From Candidatus Bathyarchaeota archaeon (lineage in GTDB: Archaea; Thermoproteota; Bathyarchaeia; Bathyarchaeales; Bathycorpusculaceae): a stretch of 64,000 nt of DNA. The notes under the pieces are model-generated. The model saw nothing but the letters and a program-made list of their open reading frames with translations, was not told the DNA's origin and searched no databases. Position numbers and translations under genes: made by a program. The stretch is taken from positions 1 to 64,000 of the forward strand of contig CAVZIW010000003.1 of the NCBI GenBank assembly GCA_963775465.1, read 5' to 3'. Shown here in pieces: positions 20,714-31,273 of this stretch; position 1 is the first letter of the stretch, and every line of letters starts with the position of its first letter.

Positions 20714-21925
20714 TCAATGAAGTATTTTTAGAGTCAAATAGGCCACTAAGAAAATTGAAGCAGCAATAATGAAAGTTGGCAAATAATTCAAGTTAAAAGC
20801 AAGGAAGGGTCCAAAGAAAGCACCTACCCCGGCGCCTAAGCTCACTAATCCATCGAATACACCTGCTTTTCCTTGAGGAATTAACTCCATTGAAAGCGAA
20901 ATCATCATAATGTAATACATGGCGTAAGCAAAACCCAAACCTAGAAGAAGAATACCGGTCATTGCAATGGGCAGTAAGGCAAGTGAAATAACAGCAATTA
21001 AAGCAAACGTAAGAAGGCTGCTTAGAAAAATATATCGTGGCATTTGCTTTTTTATATCCATGGATCTTGCAGTACGTCGAATTAAAAAGTAACCAGCGAT
21101 CCCACCAATGGAGTTAAGAATGTAGGCAAGATAAACGAGTTGTTCTTGCCCATTGAACAATTCTTTGAGATATATGGGAAGCGGCGTGAAGAATAGGCTT
21201 GTTGCTAAAGAGAAGAGTACAATTGCTATAGCAAACCCTAGAAAACTGTCTTGCTTGAGGGATCCATTCCAACGAACCCCGTCAATAAGTTTTGATGTGA
21301 CTTCGACTCCACGGCAGGTGAAATCAACCTTTCTTTCAATTCCAACTAAACGTCTTTCAAAAACCATAATTGGGTCGGCAACTAGTGCCAGTGAAGAAAC
21401 AAAAGAAATCACGCTTAGAATACTACAAAGATAGAAAGTGTATGTGGACAGTAATCCAAATGAAAATAGAAGCAGTCCAGCGACTAACCCAATTAGGAAA
21501 CCGATTTTGGTGACTCCTCCATAGAATCCAAAAGAGCTTTCCCAGTCACATCGACTGTAGTGTTCCGTCACAAGCACATTTTTTGGCGATTCATGTGCGA
21601 CATGAAGCACTTGCATGACAACATACAGAATAACAAAAAAGACTATGTCTTGGGCAAACTGAAGTGTCATTAGAAAAAGAATTATCGATATCGAGGCAAA
21701 AGAAAGTAGAATATAGGCTTTATAGTGACGCGTCTTATCCGAAAGGTATCCCCAAAGATACGAAGCGGGAATAGAGCAGAAAATAGCAAGAGAAGTCATG
21801 ACTCCAAGAGCAAGCAAAGGTCCACCTAATAGGCTGGTGTTTTTGAAAACTACAACGTATAGCGGTATGAAAACTGTAAGTAACCCAAAAGCCATATCGT
21901 GAAAGAAGAACCCTAACCGCCACAT
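20714..21925 (-). CDS. MFS transporter
   Basis: About 12 TM segments; WGYLSDKT motif A. Confidence 0.85.
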   Translation of the reverse strand: MWRLGFFFHDMAFGLLTVFIPLYVVVFKNTSLLGGPLLALGVMTSLAIFCSIPASYLWGYLSDKTRHYKAYILLSFASISIILFLMTLQFAQDIVFFVILYVVMQVLHVAHESPKNVLVTEHYSRCDWESSFGFYGGVTKIGFLIGLVAGLLLFSFGLLSTYTFYLCSILSVISFVSSLALVADPIMVFERRLVGIERKVDFTCRGVEVTSKLIDGVRWNGSLKQDSFLGFAIAIVLFSLATSLFFTPLPIYLKELFNGQEQLVYLAYILNSIGGIAGYFLIRRTARSMDIKKQMPRYIFLSSLLTFALIAVISLALLPIAMTGILLLGLGFAYAMYYIMMISLSMELIPQGKAGVFDGLVSLGAGVGAFFGPFLAFNLNYLPTFIIAASIFLVAYLTLKILH

Positions 21926-22291
21926 AGCCAGAGGAGCACGCCAAAGAGAGATTAAAACATTTAGCCGTACAATTGAAAAAATTTTAAGATTGACTCACTT
22001 CAATAGTAAATATTGTGGAGAACAGGTAATTCTTCAATGAATAGCTCTTCTTTTAAGAAAGCAATTATCATATCGATTTGCGATGGTAGATCGTGTTTGT
22101 TTTTTTGCCTTCTTCATTTTGTTGATATTAAAGCGTTAACCGATATAACATATGGATCTAACAAGGTCTTGTACGCAATAGCATAAAACAGGATAGGCCT
22201 AAGACGTCTTTAGTAAATTAAATCTCTTCTTGCTAAATCCTTAATAGAGAGTTGTCTAACTTTCTTACTTCGCTGGAGAGACAATTCGTAA

Positions 22292-22690
22292 ATGGCAAAG
22301 TTTAAGGTAATAGTTTCCGACCCCCAAGCTGGAACATCTAAAGTGGTTGAGATAGAAGAAGCGCGCGCTGCACCATTAATAGGAAGAAAACTTGGCGAAA
22401 TATTTGATGGCGCAATAGTCGATTTGCCAGCACACAAAGTACAAATTTTGGGCGGTTCAGACAAAGATGGCGTTCCAATGAGAGCCGACGTTCATGGAGG
22501 CGGACGCAGAGCAGTAGTTTTAAGCGGAGGAACAGGCTTTAGTCCAGAAAGAAAAGGAGAACGAAGACGTAAAACTGTTCGTGGAGACACAGTAACGGAC
22601 GAAATTGCACAAATTAATATGAAAATCGTTGAACGCCCAGCATCATCTGTAAAAGCTCCCGAAGTTAAGCCTGAGCCAGCACCACAATAA
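22292..22690 (+). CDS. rps6e: 30S ribosomal protein S6e
   Basis: GGSDKDGVPMR, GERRRKTVRG. Confidence 0.95.
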   Translation: MAKFKVIVSDPQAGTSKVVEIEEARAAPLIGRKLGEIFDGAIVDLPAHKVQILGGSDKDGVPMRADVHGGGRRAVVLSGGTGFSPERKGERRRKTVRGDTVTDEIAQINMKIVERPASSVKAPEVKPEPAPQ

Positions 22691-22785
22691 CAATAATGCT
22701 GTTAGTGCGCAGGCTTAAACCTTATAAACAGCCAATAATTAATTCATTCTTCATTTAACGTACATTTATTGGAAAGAAAAATCGT

Positions 22786-24033
22786 ATGAGTAACACTCAA
22801 AAAGCCTTGCCAAAGCAACCAGAAGTTAATATCGGAACCATAGGTCACGTAGACCATGGAAAAACAACCCTAGTTCAAGCCTTAACTGGCACTTGGGCGT
22901 CAAGGCATAGTGAAGAACTCAAAAGAGGCATTACTATAAAATTAGGCTATGCAAACATGCCGATATATAAATGCCCTAAATGTCCATCTCAAAAAAGCTA
23001 CACGATCAAACCTTACTGTGAGGCATGCAACTCTGAAGCTGAATTTGTCCGCGCTGTAAGCTTTGTCGACGCCCCTGGACATGAAGCATTAATGGCTACA
23101 ATGCTATCTGGCGCAGCGATCATGGACGGCGCCATATTAGTTATTGCAGCTGATGAATTTTGTCCTCAACCCCAGACGAGAGAGCATTTGGCAGCAGCAG
23201 AAGTTAGCGGCATAAAAAACATAATTGTCGTTCAAAATAAAATTGACATTGTTGACCAAAAGAGGGCTTTAGAAAGTTACAAGGAAATTAAGAACTTTGT
23301 TAAAGGCACAGTTGCAGAAAACGCACCAATCATTCCAGTTTCAGCACAAAGGGGAATAAACATAGATGTACTTCTAGAAGCCATGCAAACGATCATTCCA
23401 ACTCCCAAGAGAGACCCAACCTTGCCACCCATAATGTACATCATTCGATCATTCGATGTAAACAAGCCTGGAACAACAATCGAAGACCTTGAAGGAGGTA
23501 TAATCGGAGGCACCATAGCACAGGGCAAATTTGCAGTAGGAGAAGAAATCGAAATCCGTCCAGGCATCATGGCAGAGAGAGAAGGCAAAACAGTATACGA
23601 CCCGCTAATCAGTGAAATAGTCAGCTTACATTCAGGCGAACAAAGTGTCGAAGAAGCTACATGCGGCGGATTAGTTGGAGTTGGAACACTTTTAGATCCA
23701 TCATACTCAAAAGCGGATGGCTTAACAGGCAGCATCGCAGGCAAAACAGGTATGCTTCCACCAACTCTTACTGAACTAACACTTGAAACATTCGTTTTAG
23801 AAAGAGCGGTAGGCACAAAAGAACTTTTAAAAGTTGAAAAAATTAATCCTGATGAAACATTGTTGCTTCATATTGGATCTGCAGTAAACGTAGGCAAAGT
23901 CTTTGGAATAAAACAAAATACAATCAAAGTAAAGTTGACAAGGCCAATCTGCGCTTTGCCGGGATCAAGAGTTGCTATAAGCAGGAAAATTACTGCCCGG
24001 TGGAGACTCATCGGATACGGATTGATAAAATAA
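22786..24033 (+). CDS. eif2g: Translation initiation factor aIF2 gamma subunit
   Basis: GHVDHGKT, GITIKLGY, DAPGHE, NKID. Confidence 0.97.
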   Translation: MSNTQKALPKQPEVNIGTIGHVDHGKTTLVQALTGTWASRHSEELKRGITIKLGYANMPIYKCPKCPSQKSYTIKPYCEACNSEAEFVRAVSFVDAPGHEALMATMLSGAAIMDGAILVIAADEFCPQPQTREHLAAAEVSGIKNIIVVQNKIDIVDQKRALESYKEIKNFVKGTVAENAPIIPVSAQRGINIDVLLEAMQTIIPTPKRDPTLPPIMYIIRSFDVNKPGTTIEDLEGGIIGGTIAQGKFAVGEEIEIRPGIMAEREGKTVYDPLISEIVSLHSGEQSVEEATCGGLVGVGTLLDPSYSKADGLTGSIAGKTGMLPPTLTELTLETFVLERAVGTKELLKVEKINPDETLLLHIGSAVNVGKVFGIKQNTIKVKLTRPICALPGSRVAISRKITARWRLIGYGLIK

Positions 24034-24040
24034 AAAACGT

Positions 24041-24496
24041 TTAGTCGTTTATTATTCCTTTCTTGATTAGAAAATCATGTGTCTTTTGGAGTACATCCTT
24101 GGCATTTTTAAAGCTTAATTTTTCCATAGCATCCTTGAAAGTAAGCCATACGTAGCCAACATGCTCAAAAGATATCACTACTCTATCTGTTTGAGATTCC
24201 ATTACGAAAAAGACCACCTCTTTGTGGACAGTTAAACCTTGCCGACGATAAAAGTAAGATATGGGCACTCTAAAACCTTCGATGAATTGTGCATCAGTTA
24301 TGCTTGTCTCTTCCCTCAATTCACGGGTCACTGTTTGTTTTTCGGTTTCGCCCTGTTCCACGTTACCCTTCACGAAGTCCCAGTGGTGTGCAGCGTAATT
24401 AAGAAGTAAATAGAGTATTTGGTCATCTTTCTTTATAAAGACAACAGCGCCACATGATTTCTCGCGAAGCAATATACTCACCCAATTATGCTCCAA
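24041..24496 (-). CDS. NUDIX hydrolase (Ap4A hydrolase-like)
   Basis: EKSCGAVVF, WDFVKGNVEQGETEKQTVTRELREET, ISFEH. Confidence 0.88.
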   Translation of the reverse strand: MEHNWVSILLREKSCGAVVFIKKDDQILYLLLNYAAHHWDFVKGNVEQGETEKQTVTRELREETSITDAQFIEGFRVPISYFYRRQGLTVHKEVVFFVMESQTDRVVISFEHVGYVWLTFKDAMEKLSFKNAKDVLQKTHDFLIKKGIIND

Positions 24497-24613
24497 TTCA
24501 TCGACTCTTGGTATTTAAAGTAATAGCAAAAATTAGGATGAGCAAAAAATTTGATTACGAACAAAACGTTTTAAACTAGAAAACCCACGTTAACAAAACA
24601 GGAGCCCTGCCAA

Positions 24614-25039
24614 GTGTCGGCTTCACCGTTACAGAAAAAAACGCCCCAAAAAGTGATTTTAGATTCAAACGCTTTCTTTTCATCTTTAAAGTTCAAAATT
24701 GATATTTTTGAGGAAGTTAGTCGTTTGGTAAATCGAAATGTAGAGTTTATTTTGCTCTCACCAGTTAAGCATGAACTTGAAATTCTTGCATCTAGAAATG
24801 CGCCCAAGGCAAGTAAACAAGCGATTTATGCTCTAAGGCTGGCAGAAAAATGTAAATTTGTACCAATAGAGGTCACAAGCGAAGATGTAGATGAAGTTAT
24901 TATCAGGGTGGCTAAGAGTTGGAATTCTATGGTGTTTACGAATGATAGACCACTAAAAAAGAAGCTAAGAGATATAAGCATCCCAGTGATTTATGTGAGA
25001 CAAAACTCACGTCTAGACATAGACGGGTTGATATCGTAG
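24614..25039 (+). CDS. PIN-domain protein (Fcf1/Utp24-like)
   Basis: VILDSN...EL...VD...FTND; conserved position before rpo7. Confidence 0.85.
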   Translation: MSASPLQKKTPQKVILDSNAFFSSLKFKIDIFEEVSRLVNRNVEFILLSPVKHELEILASRNAPKASKQAIYALRLAEKCKFVPIEVTSEDVDEVIIRVAKSWNSMVFTNDRPLKKKLRDISIPVIYVRQNSRLDIDGLIS

Positions 25040-25630
25040 ATGTTCAAACTAATTACTCTTCAAGATACTATTCGCATTCCACCCGAAACCTTCGGTAACC
25101 CACTTGAAAAAGTTGGACGAGACCAAGTTAAACACAAATACGAAGGAATCGTGGATGAAGAATTGGGATACGTTATAGCAGTTACAGGAATAGAAGTAAG
25201 TCCAATCGGAAAAATAATCCCAGGTGATGGAGCAACCTATCACAAAGTAAACTTCTCACTTCTAACTTTCTATCCAATAATCCAAGAAGTTGTGGAAGGC
25301 GACGTTGTAGAAATCGCTGATTTTGGCGCATTCGTTCGAATCGGACCAGTCGATGCCCTACTGCACGTTTCACAGCTTATGGACGATTACATTTCATATG
25401 ATGAAAAACAAGGTGTCTTGCTAGGTAAAGAAACTAAACGTAAACTTACATCAGGCGACCAAGTTAGAGTTAGAATCACAGCAGTGTCATTAGGCAGAGC
25501 TGGAAGCTCTGGAAAAATCGGAGTCACCGCAAGGCAACCATTCTTAGGAAAGTTAGATTGGCTAAAAATTGACCAAAGTAAAGAAGCGGCGGAAAAAAAG
25601 CCAGTAGAGAGTCCAGAAAAAGCTGCATAA
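25040..25630 (+). CDS. rpo7: RNA polymerase subunit Rpo7 (E')
   Basis: IRIPP, PGDGATY, FGAFVRIGPVDALLHVSQ. Confidence 0.95.
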   Translation: MFKLITLQDTIRIPPETFGNPLEKVGRDQVKHKYEGIVDEELGYVIAVTGIEVSPIGKIIPGDGATYHKVNFSLLTFYPIIQEVVEGDVVEIADFGAFVRIGPVDALLHVSQLMDDYISYDEKQGVLLGKETKRKLTSGDQVRVRITAVSLGRAGSSGKIGVTARQPFLGKLDWLKIDQSKEAAEKKPVESPEKAA

Positions 25631-25642
25631 GGTGGATTTTGA

Positions 25643-25828
25643 GTGATTGAAAAAGCCTGTACCAATTGTCATTTCATCACAAAAGAGAATGTTTGTCCAA
25701 AGTGTAAATCAACCAGTTTTAGCGAAGACTACAGCGGGTTAGTTGTTATGTTTGACCCAGACAATTCAGCCATCGCCAAAGCTATGAACATTAAAGAAAA
25801 AGGTCGATACGCCCTAAAAGTTCGTTAA
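25643..25828 (+). CDS. spt4: Transcription elongation factor Spt4
   Basis: ACTNC...CPKC...GRYALKVR. Confidence 0.92.
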   Translation: MIEKACTNCHFITKENVCPKCKSTSFSEDYSGLVVMFDPDNSAIAKAMNIKEKGRYALKVR

Positions 25829-25896
25829 GAGATCCATGTTCAAATTACACGGTAGCTTCTTAACCTACCGAGTATTTTATTTTTAAGGCTTTAAAG

Positions 25897-26424
25897 ATGA
25901 CTATTGCGTACACTATTACGCCTGAACTGCGTGTTAAGCTGAAAGAACCCTTCGGTAACTTAATCCAAGGCTCATTTTTCGAAACAATGAACAAAATAAA
26001 GAACCTTGTTGAAGCTGAAAAACCAATAAGGATTATTTCTGTTGGAGACATAGTTTCCCGAAATCTTCATAAATCCAACATTAATCCGCAGCTAACCATT
26101 ATTGATAACGTGTCGCTTAGAGACCATAAACTTCCAAAAGAAGCTGCAGTTGATAAAACAGTTTATGTTAAGAATCCTCAAGGAACGATAACAAATGAAG
26201 CAATAGTTGCAGTAAAAGAAGCACTGGAGGGAAATCAACACATACACATTGTTGTTGACGGTGAAGAAGATTTATTGGCCCTAATCGCTGTTTTGTATGC
26301 GCCAGAAAAATCTATTGTTGTTTATGGACAACCTTACACAGGCGTTGTAATCATTCAAGCCACACCTGAGAAAAAAGATCAAGTAAAAGCGTTCCTAAAC
26401 AGTATGAAACCTTCGAAAAGCTAA
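25897..26424 (+). CDS. GTP-dependent dephospho-CoA kinase (DUF359)
   Basis: LKEPFG, SVGDIV, NPQGTIT, VDGEEDL, YGQP. Confidence 0.9.
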   Translation: MTIAYTITPELRVKLKEPFGNLIQGSFFETMNKIKNLVEAEKPIRIISVGDIVSRNLHKSNINPQLTIIDNVSLRDHKLPKEAAVDKTVYVKNPQGTITNEAIVAVKEALEGNQHIHIVVDGEEDLLALIAVLYAPEKSIVVYGQPYTGVVIIQATPEKKDQVKAFLNSMKPSKS

Positions 26425-26467
26425 ATAAGAAGAATACTGTATGAACTTACGCCTTAAGTGAACATTA

Positions 26468-26779
26468 ATGCAAGTTAAAATAGAAACCACAAAGGACAAC
26501 CCACTGCTAAAACGGAAAGAAGTAGGTTTCACCATTGTTCAGGGTCCAAAAGAGAAAACTCCACAACGGCTTGAAGCAAAGAAAGCCTTAGCCATCGAAC
26601 TAAAGGTTGGAAATGACGTTGTTTTTATAAAGAAAATGCGAACCAAAACAGGAACAAGCACCACTCAAGGAGTAGCAAATATTTACCAATCCGTCGGTCA
26701 AGCGAAAATAGTGGAACCCAATTATATTCTAAAAAGAAACAGTCCTCCTGAAAAACCTAAAGAAGAGGCCACCGCATAA
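26468..26779 (+). CDS. rps24e: 30S ribosomal protein S24e
   Basis: NPLLKRKEV...EPNYILKRN; synteny. Confidence 0.9.
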   Translation: MQVKIETTKDNPLLKRKEVGFTIVQGPKEKTPQRLEAKKALAIELKVGNDVVFIKKMRTKTGTSTTQGVANIYQSVGQAKIVEPNYILKRNSPPEKPKEEATA

Positions 26780-27012
26780 TGCCGCAACCAAATGATGCAG
26801 CAGCTTCCGGGGCAAAAAAAGTCGAAAAAGGAAAACAAGAAAAATCGCACAAAAAAGAGAAAGGCGTCAAAACGATGTACAAAATTGAAGGAGACAAACT
26901 CTCACGAGCACGCCCAACTTGTGAACGTTGCGGACCAGGCTACTTCATGGCAGATCATCACGCAAGATACACGTGTGGACATTGCGGTTTCACACGTTAT
27001 AAGCAAAAATAA
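26779..27012 (+). CDS. rps27ae: 30S ribosomal protein S27ae
   Basis: CERCGPGYFMADH...CGHCG. Confidence 0.93.
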   Translation: MPQPNDAAASGAKKVEKGKQEKSHKKEKGVKTMYKIEGDKLSRARPTCERCGPGYFMADHHARYTCGHCGFTRYKQK

Positions 27013-27056
27013 GCAGTTTTAAATTCCCCAACCACAATTATTCTTTTTGACCTATC

Positions 27057-27485
27057 ATGCTTAGAGTTAATGTAGTTATCAGCAGTATTTCAGCAGAACG
27101 TTTTTGGGACATCCGTAAACCCATTCCACCGATTCAAATCAACACGAACATCAACGTTGTGGGAATGGAAAAGAAACAAGACGAAACATTAGAAGTGCCT
27201 TTTGTCTTATCCATAGTCTACAATCCTTCAATAGCGCAAATGAACATCAAAGGAAACGCTTTTGTGACAGGCGAAAAAGGAGAAGTTGACAAAGTCCTAA
27301 AAGACTATGAACAAAAAAAACCTCCTGCGCCGATAATAATTCAGTCAATATCCAATGTAGTCTTCATCGAGTCAGTTCTTATTTCAAGAACACTGAACAT
27401 TCCTCCCCCGATTCCACTGCCGCAGATATCTGAAACGGGAAAACCGCCAAGCACAAAACCTAAAGGCCGAGACTACAGCGCCTGA
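27057..27485 (+). CDS. Conserved archaeal protein, probable SecB-like fold
   Basis: Four beta-strands then helices, ending in NIPPPIPLP. Confidence 0.6.
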   Translation: MLRVNVVISSISAERFWDIRKPIPPIQINTNINVVGMEKKQDETLEVPFVLSIVYNPSIAQMNIKGNAFVTGEKGEVDKVLKDYEQKKPPAPIIIQSISNVVFIESVLISRTLNIPPPIPLPQISETGKPPSTKPKGRDYSA

Positions 27486-27666
27486 AAAAATCGTTAAACA
27501 ATGGATCACCACGAAGTTTCCATGGTCTTAACGAATAATCGATGCTATCACAATCAACATGCAAAATCGAAAGCAGACCCCCCTCTATTAATCCATGATT
27601 TGGATTTATTTACATTTTTGTATTGACAAAAACAGAAAGAAAATAAAAGAAGCTAAAAAGCTGGGT

Positions 27667-28068
27667 TTATTTCAGCGGCACATACATTGATGAACGTGAC
27701 GCACCGATACCAGGCGTTCCGTGTCGCACAGGTTTGTTGGTTATGGCAAATTCACCAAGATAGTGACCTATCATTTCGGGTTTTATGTCGATTGCAACGA
27801 ATTCTTTTCCGTTATGAACGCTGATCTTTGCGCCCACCATTTCTGGCAAGACAATCAAGTCGCGTACATGGGTTTTGATGCCCTTCTCTTTTCCTTGTTG
27901 CGATTCTTTGGCTTCACGCAGCTTCTCGAGTAGGATACGTTGTTCTGGTGTTAAGCCGCGCTGTAGGGTTCTGCGTTGACGTGAAGGAAGCAGGTTAATG
28001 AATTCATCCATAGACATACCTGTTAAACTGTCAAGGCTGTATCCGCGATAGCTAAATTCTTTCGGCAT
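27667..28068 (-). CDS. rps19p: 30S ribosomal protein S19 (uS19)
   Basis: [29 protein letters not shown]. Confidence 0.96.
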   Translation of the reverse strand: MPKEFSYRGYSLDSLTGMSMDEFINLLPSRQRRTLQRGLTPEQRILLEKLREAKESQQGKEKGIKTHVRDLIVLPEMVGAKISVHNGKEFVAIDIKPEMIGHYLGEFAITNKPVRHGTPGIGASRSSMYVPLK

Positions 28069-28107
28069 TTTTCATCTTCACCTAAATTTCAATTATCTCT
28101 ATTATAT

Positions 28108-28851
28108 TTATCCTCGAAGTGCGCGTTTTTTCTTTTGTCCTGGACCACGAGCCGCGATAAGACCGACTTTCTGTCCAGGAGGAGCACCATGGGAAGTTGT
28201 GGTACATCTACGGGCACTTCGTTTGCTGCTTCCGTATGGGTGAACCGCTGGAACCATTTTACGACCGCTGGTTCTTGGGTACTTGTGACCTTTAGCTTTC
28301 ATTAGATGGAATTTTTCACCTGCTTTAAGGAACGGTTTCTCTGTTCGTCCAGAAGCAGAAATTACGCCAACAGTAGCTAAACAGTAATCATTAACATATC
28401 TTGTTCTTCCTGAAGGTAATCGTATCATTGTACCCTGTGGTGTGTGGCCGACAACAGTTGCGTATGCACCTGAAGAGCGGGCCATTTTACCTCCGTCACC
28501 TGGGCGAAGTTCAAGGTCACAGACTAAAGTTCCTTCAGGCATCTTTCCTAATGGGATAATGTTTCCAATTTCAGCGGGAGCTTTTCCGCCATAGCATATT
28601 TCTTGCCCAGTGAAAACACCTTCTGGAGTGATGCTGTAAACAGATAATCCGTTGTCGAATTCTATTAGTGAAAGGGGTGAACCGCGACCTGGATCATGAA
28701 CCAAATCAACTATTGTACCAATAATTTCGGCATCAAAAGATTCTTTGGGTGCAATAGTAGGGTACTTAGCTGGAGCTACACGCTTATGAGTTGAAGCGCG
28801 CCAGTTTTGACCACCGCGACCTCTTCTTTGAACACGAATACGTTTTCCCAT
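28108..28851 (-). CDS. rpl2: 50S ribosomal protein L2
   Basis: MGKRIRVQRRG, HDPGR, PPGQKVGLIAAR. Confidence 0.96.
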   Translation of the reverse strand: MGKRIRVQRRGRGGQNWRASTHKRVAPAKYPTIAPKESFDAEIIGTIVDLVHDPGRGSPLSLIEFDNGLSVYSITPEGVFTGQEICYGGKAPAEIGNIIPLGKMPEGTLVCDLELRPGDGGKMARSSGAYATVVGHTPQGTMIRLPSGRTRYVNDYCLATVGVISASGRTEKPFLKAGEKFHLMKAKGHKYPRTSGRKMVPAVHPYGSSKRSARRCTTTSHGAPPGQKVGLIAARGPGQKKKRALRG

Positions 28852-28871
28852 AAATCATACCTTCTAATAGT

Positions 28872-29132
28872 TTAGAGTATTCCAAGTTTAATTGCTACAT
28901 CTGACGCTCTGAATTCTGGAGTAAGCTTGACGAATGCTTTTTTTACGCCTTGAGGAGTAATGAGCAAGTTTACTTTTTTAACTTTAACTGAGTAGAGTTG
29001 CTCCACAGCACGTTTAACGTCTGCTTTTCCAGCTTTGATGTTAACGATAAAGATGAGTTTATTGTCTTTTTCAACCATCACGCTAGCTGATTCAGTCATT
29101 AATGGAAAAGAAATTATTTCTTCAATGTTCAT
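28872..29132 (-). CDS. rpl23: 50S ribosomal protein L23
   Basis: PLMTE...NKLIF...KKAFVKL. Confidence 0.95.
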   Translation of the reverse strand: MNIEEIISFPLMTESASVMVEKDNKLIFIVNIKAGKADVKRAVEQLYSVKVKKVNLLITPQGVKKAFVKLTPEFRASDVAIKLGIL

Positions 29133-29917
29133 TATGCTATTTCCCCGTAAAGCATGTTTAGTTTTTCGATTGCTCCATTAGTCCAAACCGTTAACCTGCC
29201 AGGATGGGTTCCTGGAGCAAGCATCTCGGTGTTTAGGTTACTAAGAGTGGTTACCTGTACGCCTGGAATATTGCTTGCTGCGTTAGCTATGTTTTTTCCG
29301 TCGACTACTACAATTAGCGGCCCAACGGCTTGCTTCATTTTCCTGCCTCTGAGTTTGCCTTTTCCTGCCCGAATATTTCGGCTATCACGTACTCTTCCAA
29401 GGTCGTCAGCAATTCCAAGACTTGTAAACGCTTCTTCAACATCTTTGGCTTTTGATAAACTTTCAAACGCGTCTTCAACAACCAAAGGCAATGCAACGAC
29501 GTTCTCTATTTTATGTCCTCTTAAAGCCACGATTTCTTTTTGTGCAGTTGCTGCGATGGCTGATGTTAGAGCTAGTTTAGCTTCTTTTTTAGGTATGTTT
29601 TTAACAATAATTTTTTCTGCTCTTGGAGGGTGTGGTTGACGTCCTTTAACAGTGCTTGGAGCAAATGCGGCTCTTCCGCTTCCGCCTTTAACGCGTGGAA
29701 TTCTTGCGGTACCGCTACCGGTTCCGCGTGATTCAGCGGTGGTTTTCTTCCCAGCCATTGGGTCTCTACCTTGTGGCTGTAATCGATTAGATTGTATTGC
29801 TAAGACTGCGCGTTTAATAACGTCAGGTCTTAGGGGTGTTTGAAAAACGTCTGGTAAAGCTATTTTGCCGGTGGTTTTTCCTTTTAAATTGAAAATTTCT
29901 GCGGTTTTCTGTGCCAT
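29132..29917 (-). CDS. rpl4: 50S ribosomal protein L4
   Basis: RPDVIKRA, RAGKGKLRGR, LAPGTHPGRLT. Confidence 0.96.
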   Translation of the reverse strand: MAQKTAEIFNLKGKTTGKIALPDVFQTPLRPDVIKRAVLAIQSNRLQPQGRDPMAGKKTTAESRGTGSGTARIPRVKGGSGRAAFAPSTVKGRQPHPPRAEKIIVKNIPKKEAKLALTSAIAATAQKEIVALRGHKIENVVALPLVVEDAFESLSKAKDVEEAFTSLGIADDLGRVRDSRNIRAGKGKLRGRKMKQAVGPLIVVVDGKNIANAASNIPGVQVTTLSNLNTEMLAPGTHPGRLTVWTNGAIEKLNMLYGEIA

Positions 29918-29928
29918 GACTATTCAAC

Positions 29929-30942
29929 CTATTTTCCTTGTGGTGATTCCAGTGAGACATATGTTATCTGTGGGGGTGCTTCGGGTGCTTCGGTTGGTGG
30001 TCGTGCTGGTACACGTAAACGGAGTTGGCGTTTTTCTGTTCCTGGTAAGCTGCCTTCGATTAAGATGTATGGTCCTTTTACTTCGCCATATCGGATGTAT
30101 CCGCCTTTGACAGTGACTTCTTTGCCGTCTTTGCCGATTTTTAGTATACGTTTGTTGTATTCTGTGCGTTGGTGATAACCCATTTGTCCTGCTCTTGGAA
30201 CCGAGTACATGATATGGTGAGGGTTCCATGGACCGTTTGTGGCGATACCGCGTTTGGTTTTTCGACCTTTGTGCTGTAACTTGGTTACTCCCCAACGTTT
30301 CACTGGGCCTTGGTAGCCTTTACCGACTGTGATGCCGGCTACGTCGATGTATTGCCCGTCTTTGAAGACTTCTTCAGGTGTAACGGTTTTGCCCAAGAGT
30401 TGGTTGGCATATTCGAATTGCTGCTGGATGGTTCCTCCGCCAATTTGGATTTCACTGGTTTCGGGTTTCTTCTTTGCAAGACTTGTTTGGCTGGGTTGTG
30501 TGGCAGCGATTACTCGAACGATGCTGGTTTGTTCGAGGGAGTCTTGCATTTTTTGGAGCATCGCATCTGTATCAAAGGTGTCCGGCAAGACCAGCAAGCG
30601 GTCAAGAATTGCTGGAGGCTCTTTCATCCAAGCTTCAGTAATATTTTGAAGCCCGTATGGTGTTTTTGTGTAAGTTTTAATACCACAAATTAGGATTGGT
30701 GGCGTTTCTAGTATGGTAGCTGCCCGTACAACTTCTTTCCCAAAGTTGGGCGAACGTTTCTTATCTTCAATTGTGAAGATATATGTCATGCCTGCTTTGT
30801 AGGCTTGGAAACCTAAGAGTCTAGGAGAGTCTGCCGTGATTTTTGGCCAGTATCGTATGCGCGCTACTGGTTTCTTGGCACGTTTCCTAGGTAAATAAGC
30901 TAATGAACCATGTCTTGGAGCATGAGTTTTACGATGTCCCAT
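29929..30942 (-). CDS. rpl3: 50S ribosomal protein L3
   Basis: PRHGSLAYLPRKR, YKAGMT, GKGYQGPVKRWG, GQMGYHQRTEYNKR. ATG at 30942. Confidence 0.96.
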   Translation of the reverse strand: MGHRKTHAPRHGSLAYLPRKRAKKPVARIRYWPKITADSPRLLGFQAYKAGMTYIFTIEDKKRSPNFGKEVVRAATILETPPILICGIKTYTKTPYGLQNITEAWMKEPPAILDRLLVLPDTFDTDAMLQKMQDSLEQTSIVRVIAATQPSQTSLAKKKPETSEIQIGGGTIQQQFEYANQLLGKTVTPEEVFKDGQYIDVAGITVGKGYQGPVKRWGVTKLQHKGRKTKRGIATNGPWNPHHIMYSVPRAGQMGYHQRTEYNKRILKIGKDGKEVTVKGGYIRYGEVKGPYILIEGSLPGTEKRQLRLRVPARPPTEAPEAPPQITYVSLESPQGK

Positions 30943-31273
30943 AGTACTTCCGCTTCGCGCCTTTAGCAAATAGTATAAGGGGTTATAAACATTGCCATTT
31001 AAAACGCAAAAGATAGAACTATTTGAAGAAAAAACAAATTGCCTAATTCGGGGTGTCTTTTGAGACTTTGATGTGAATTAATTTGACTTCTTTTATGTTA
31101 TTGTGCGATAAAAAATATTCATTTCAGATTCAAGGAAAAAGAGTTTTGACCGCTGACCCTTTTGAAGCAATTTTCTGGCACCAAAGAACAGTTAAATAAT
31201 TTTTCCTACGCATAAAAAAGCTCTTTCTGTAACTGAAAACTCTTTTAGCCAGAATCACAATCTTTAGGCTGGA

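Noticed and set aside
23277-23816. Long antisense ORFs (also 29154-29639, 9399-9779, 42053-42466)
   Set aside because: Reverse-frame shadows of well-supported genes.
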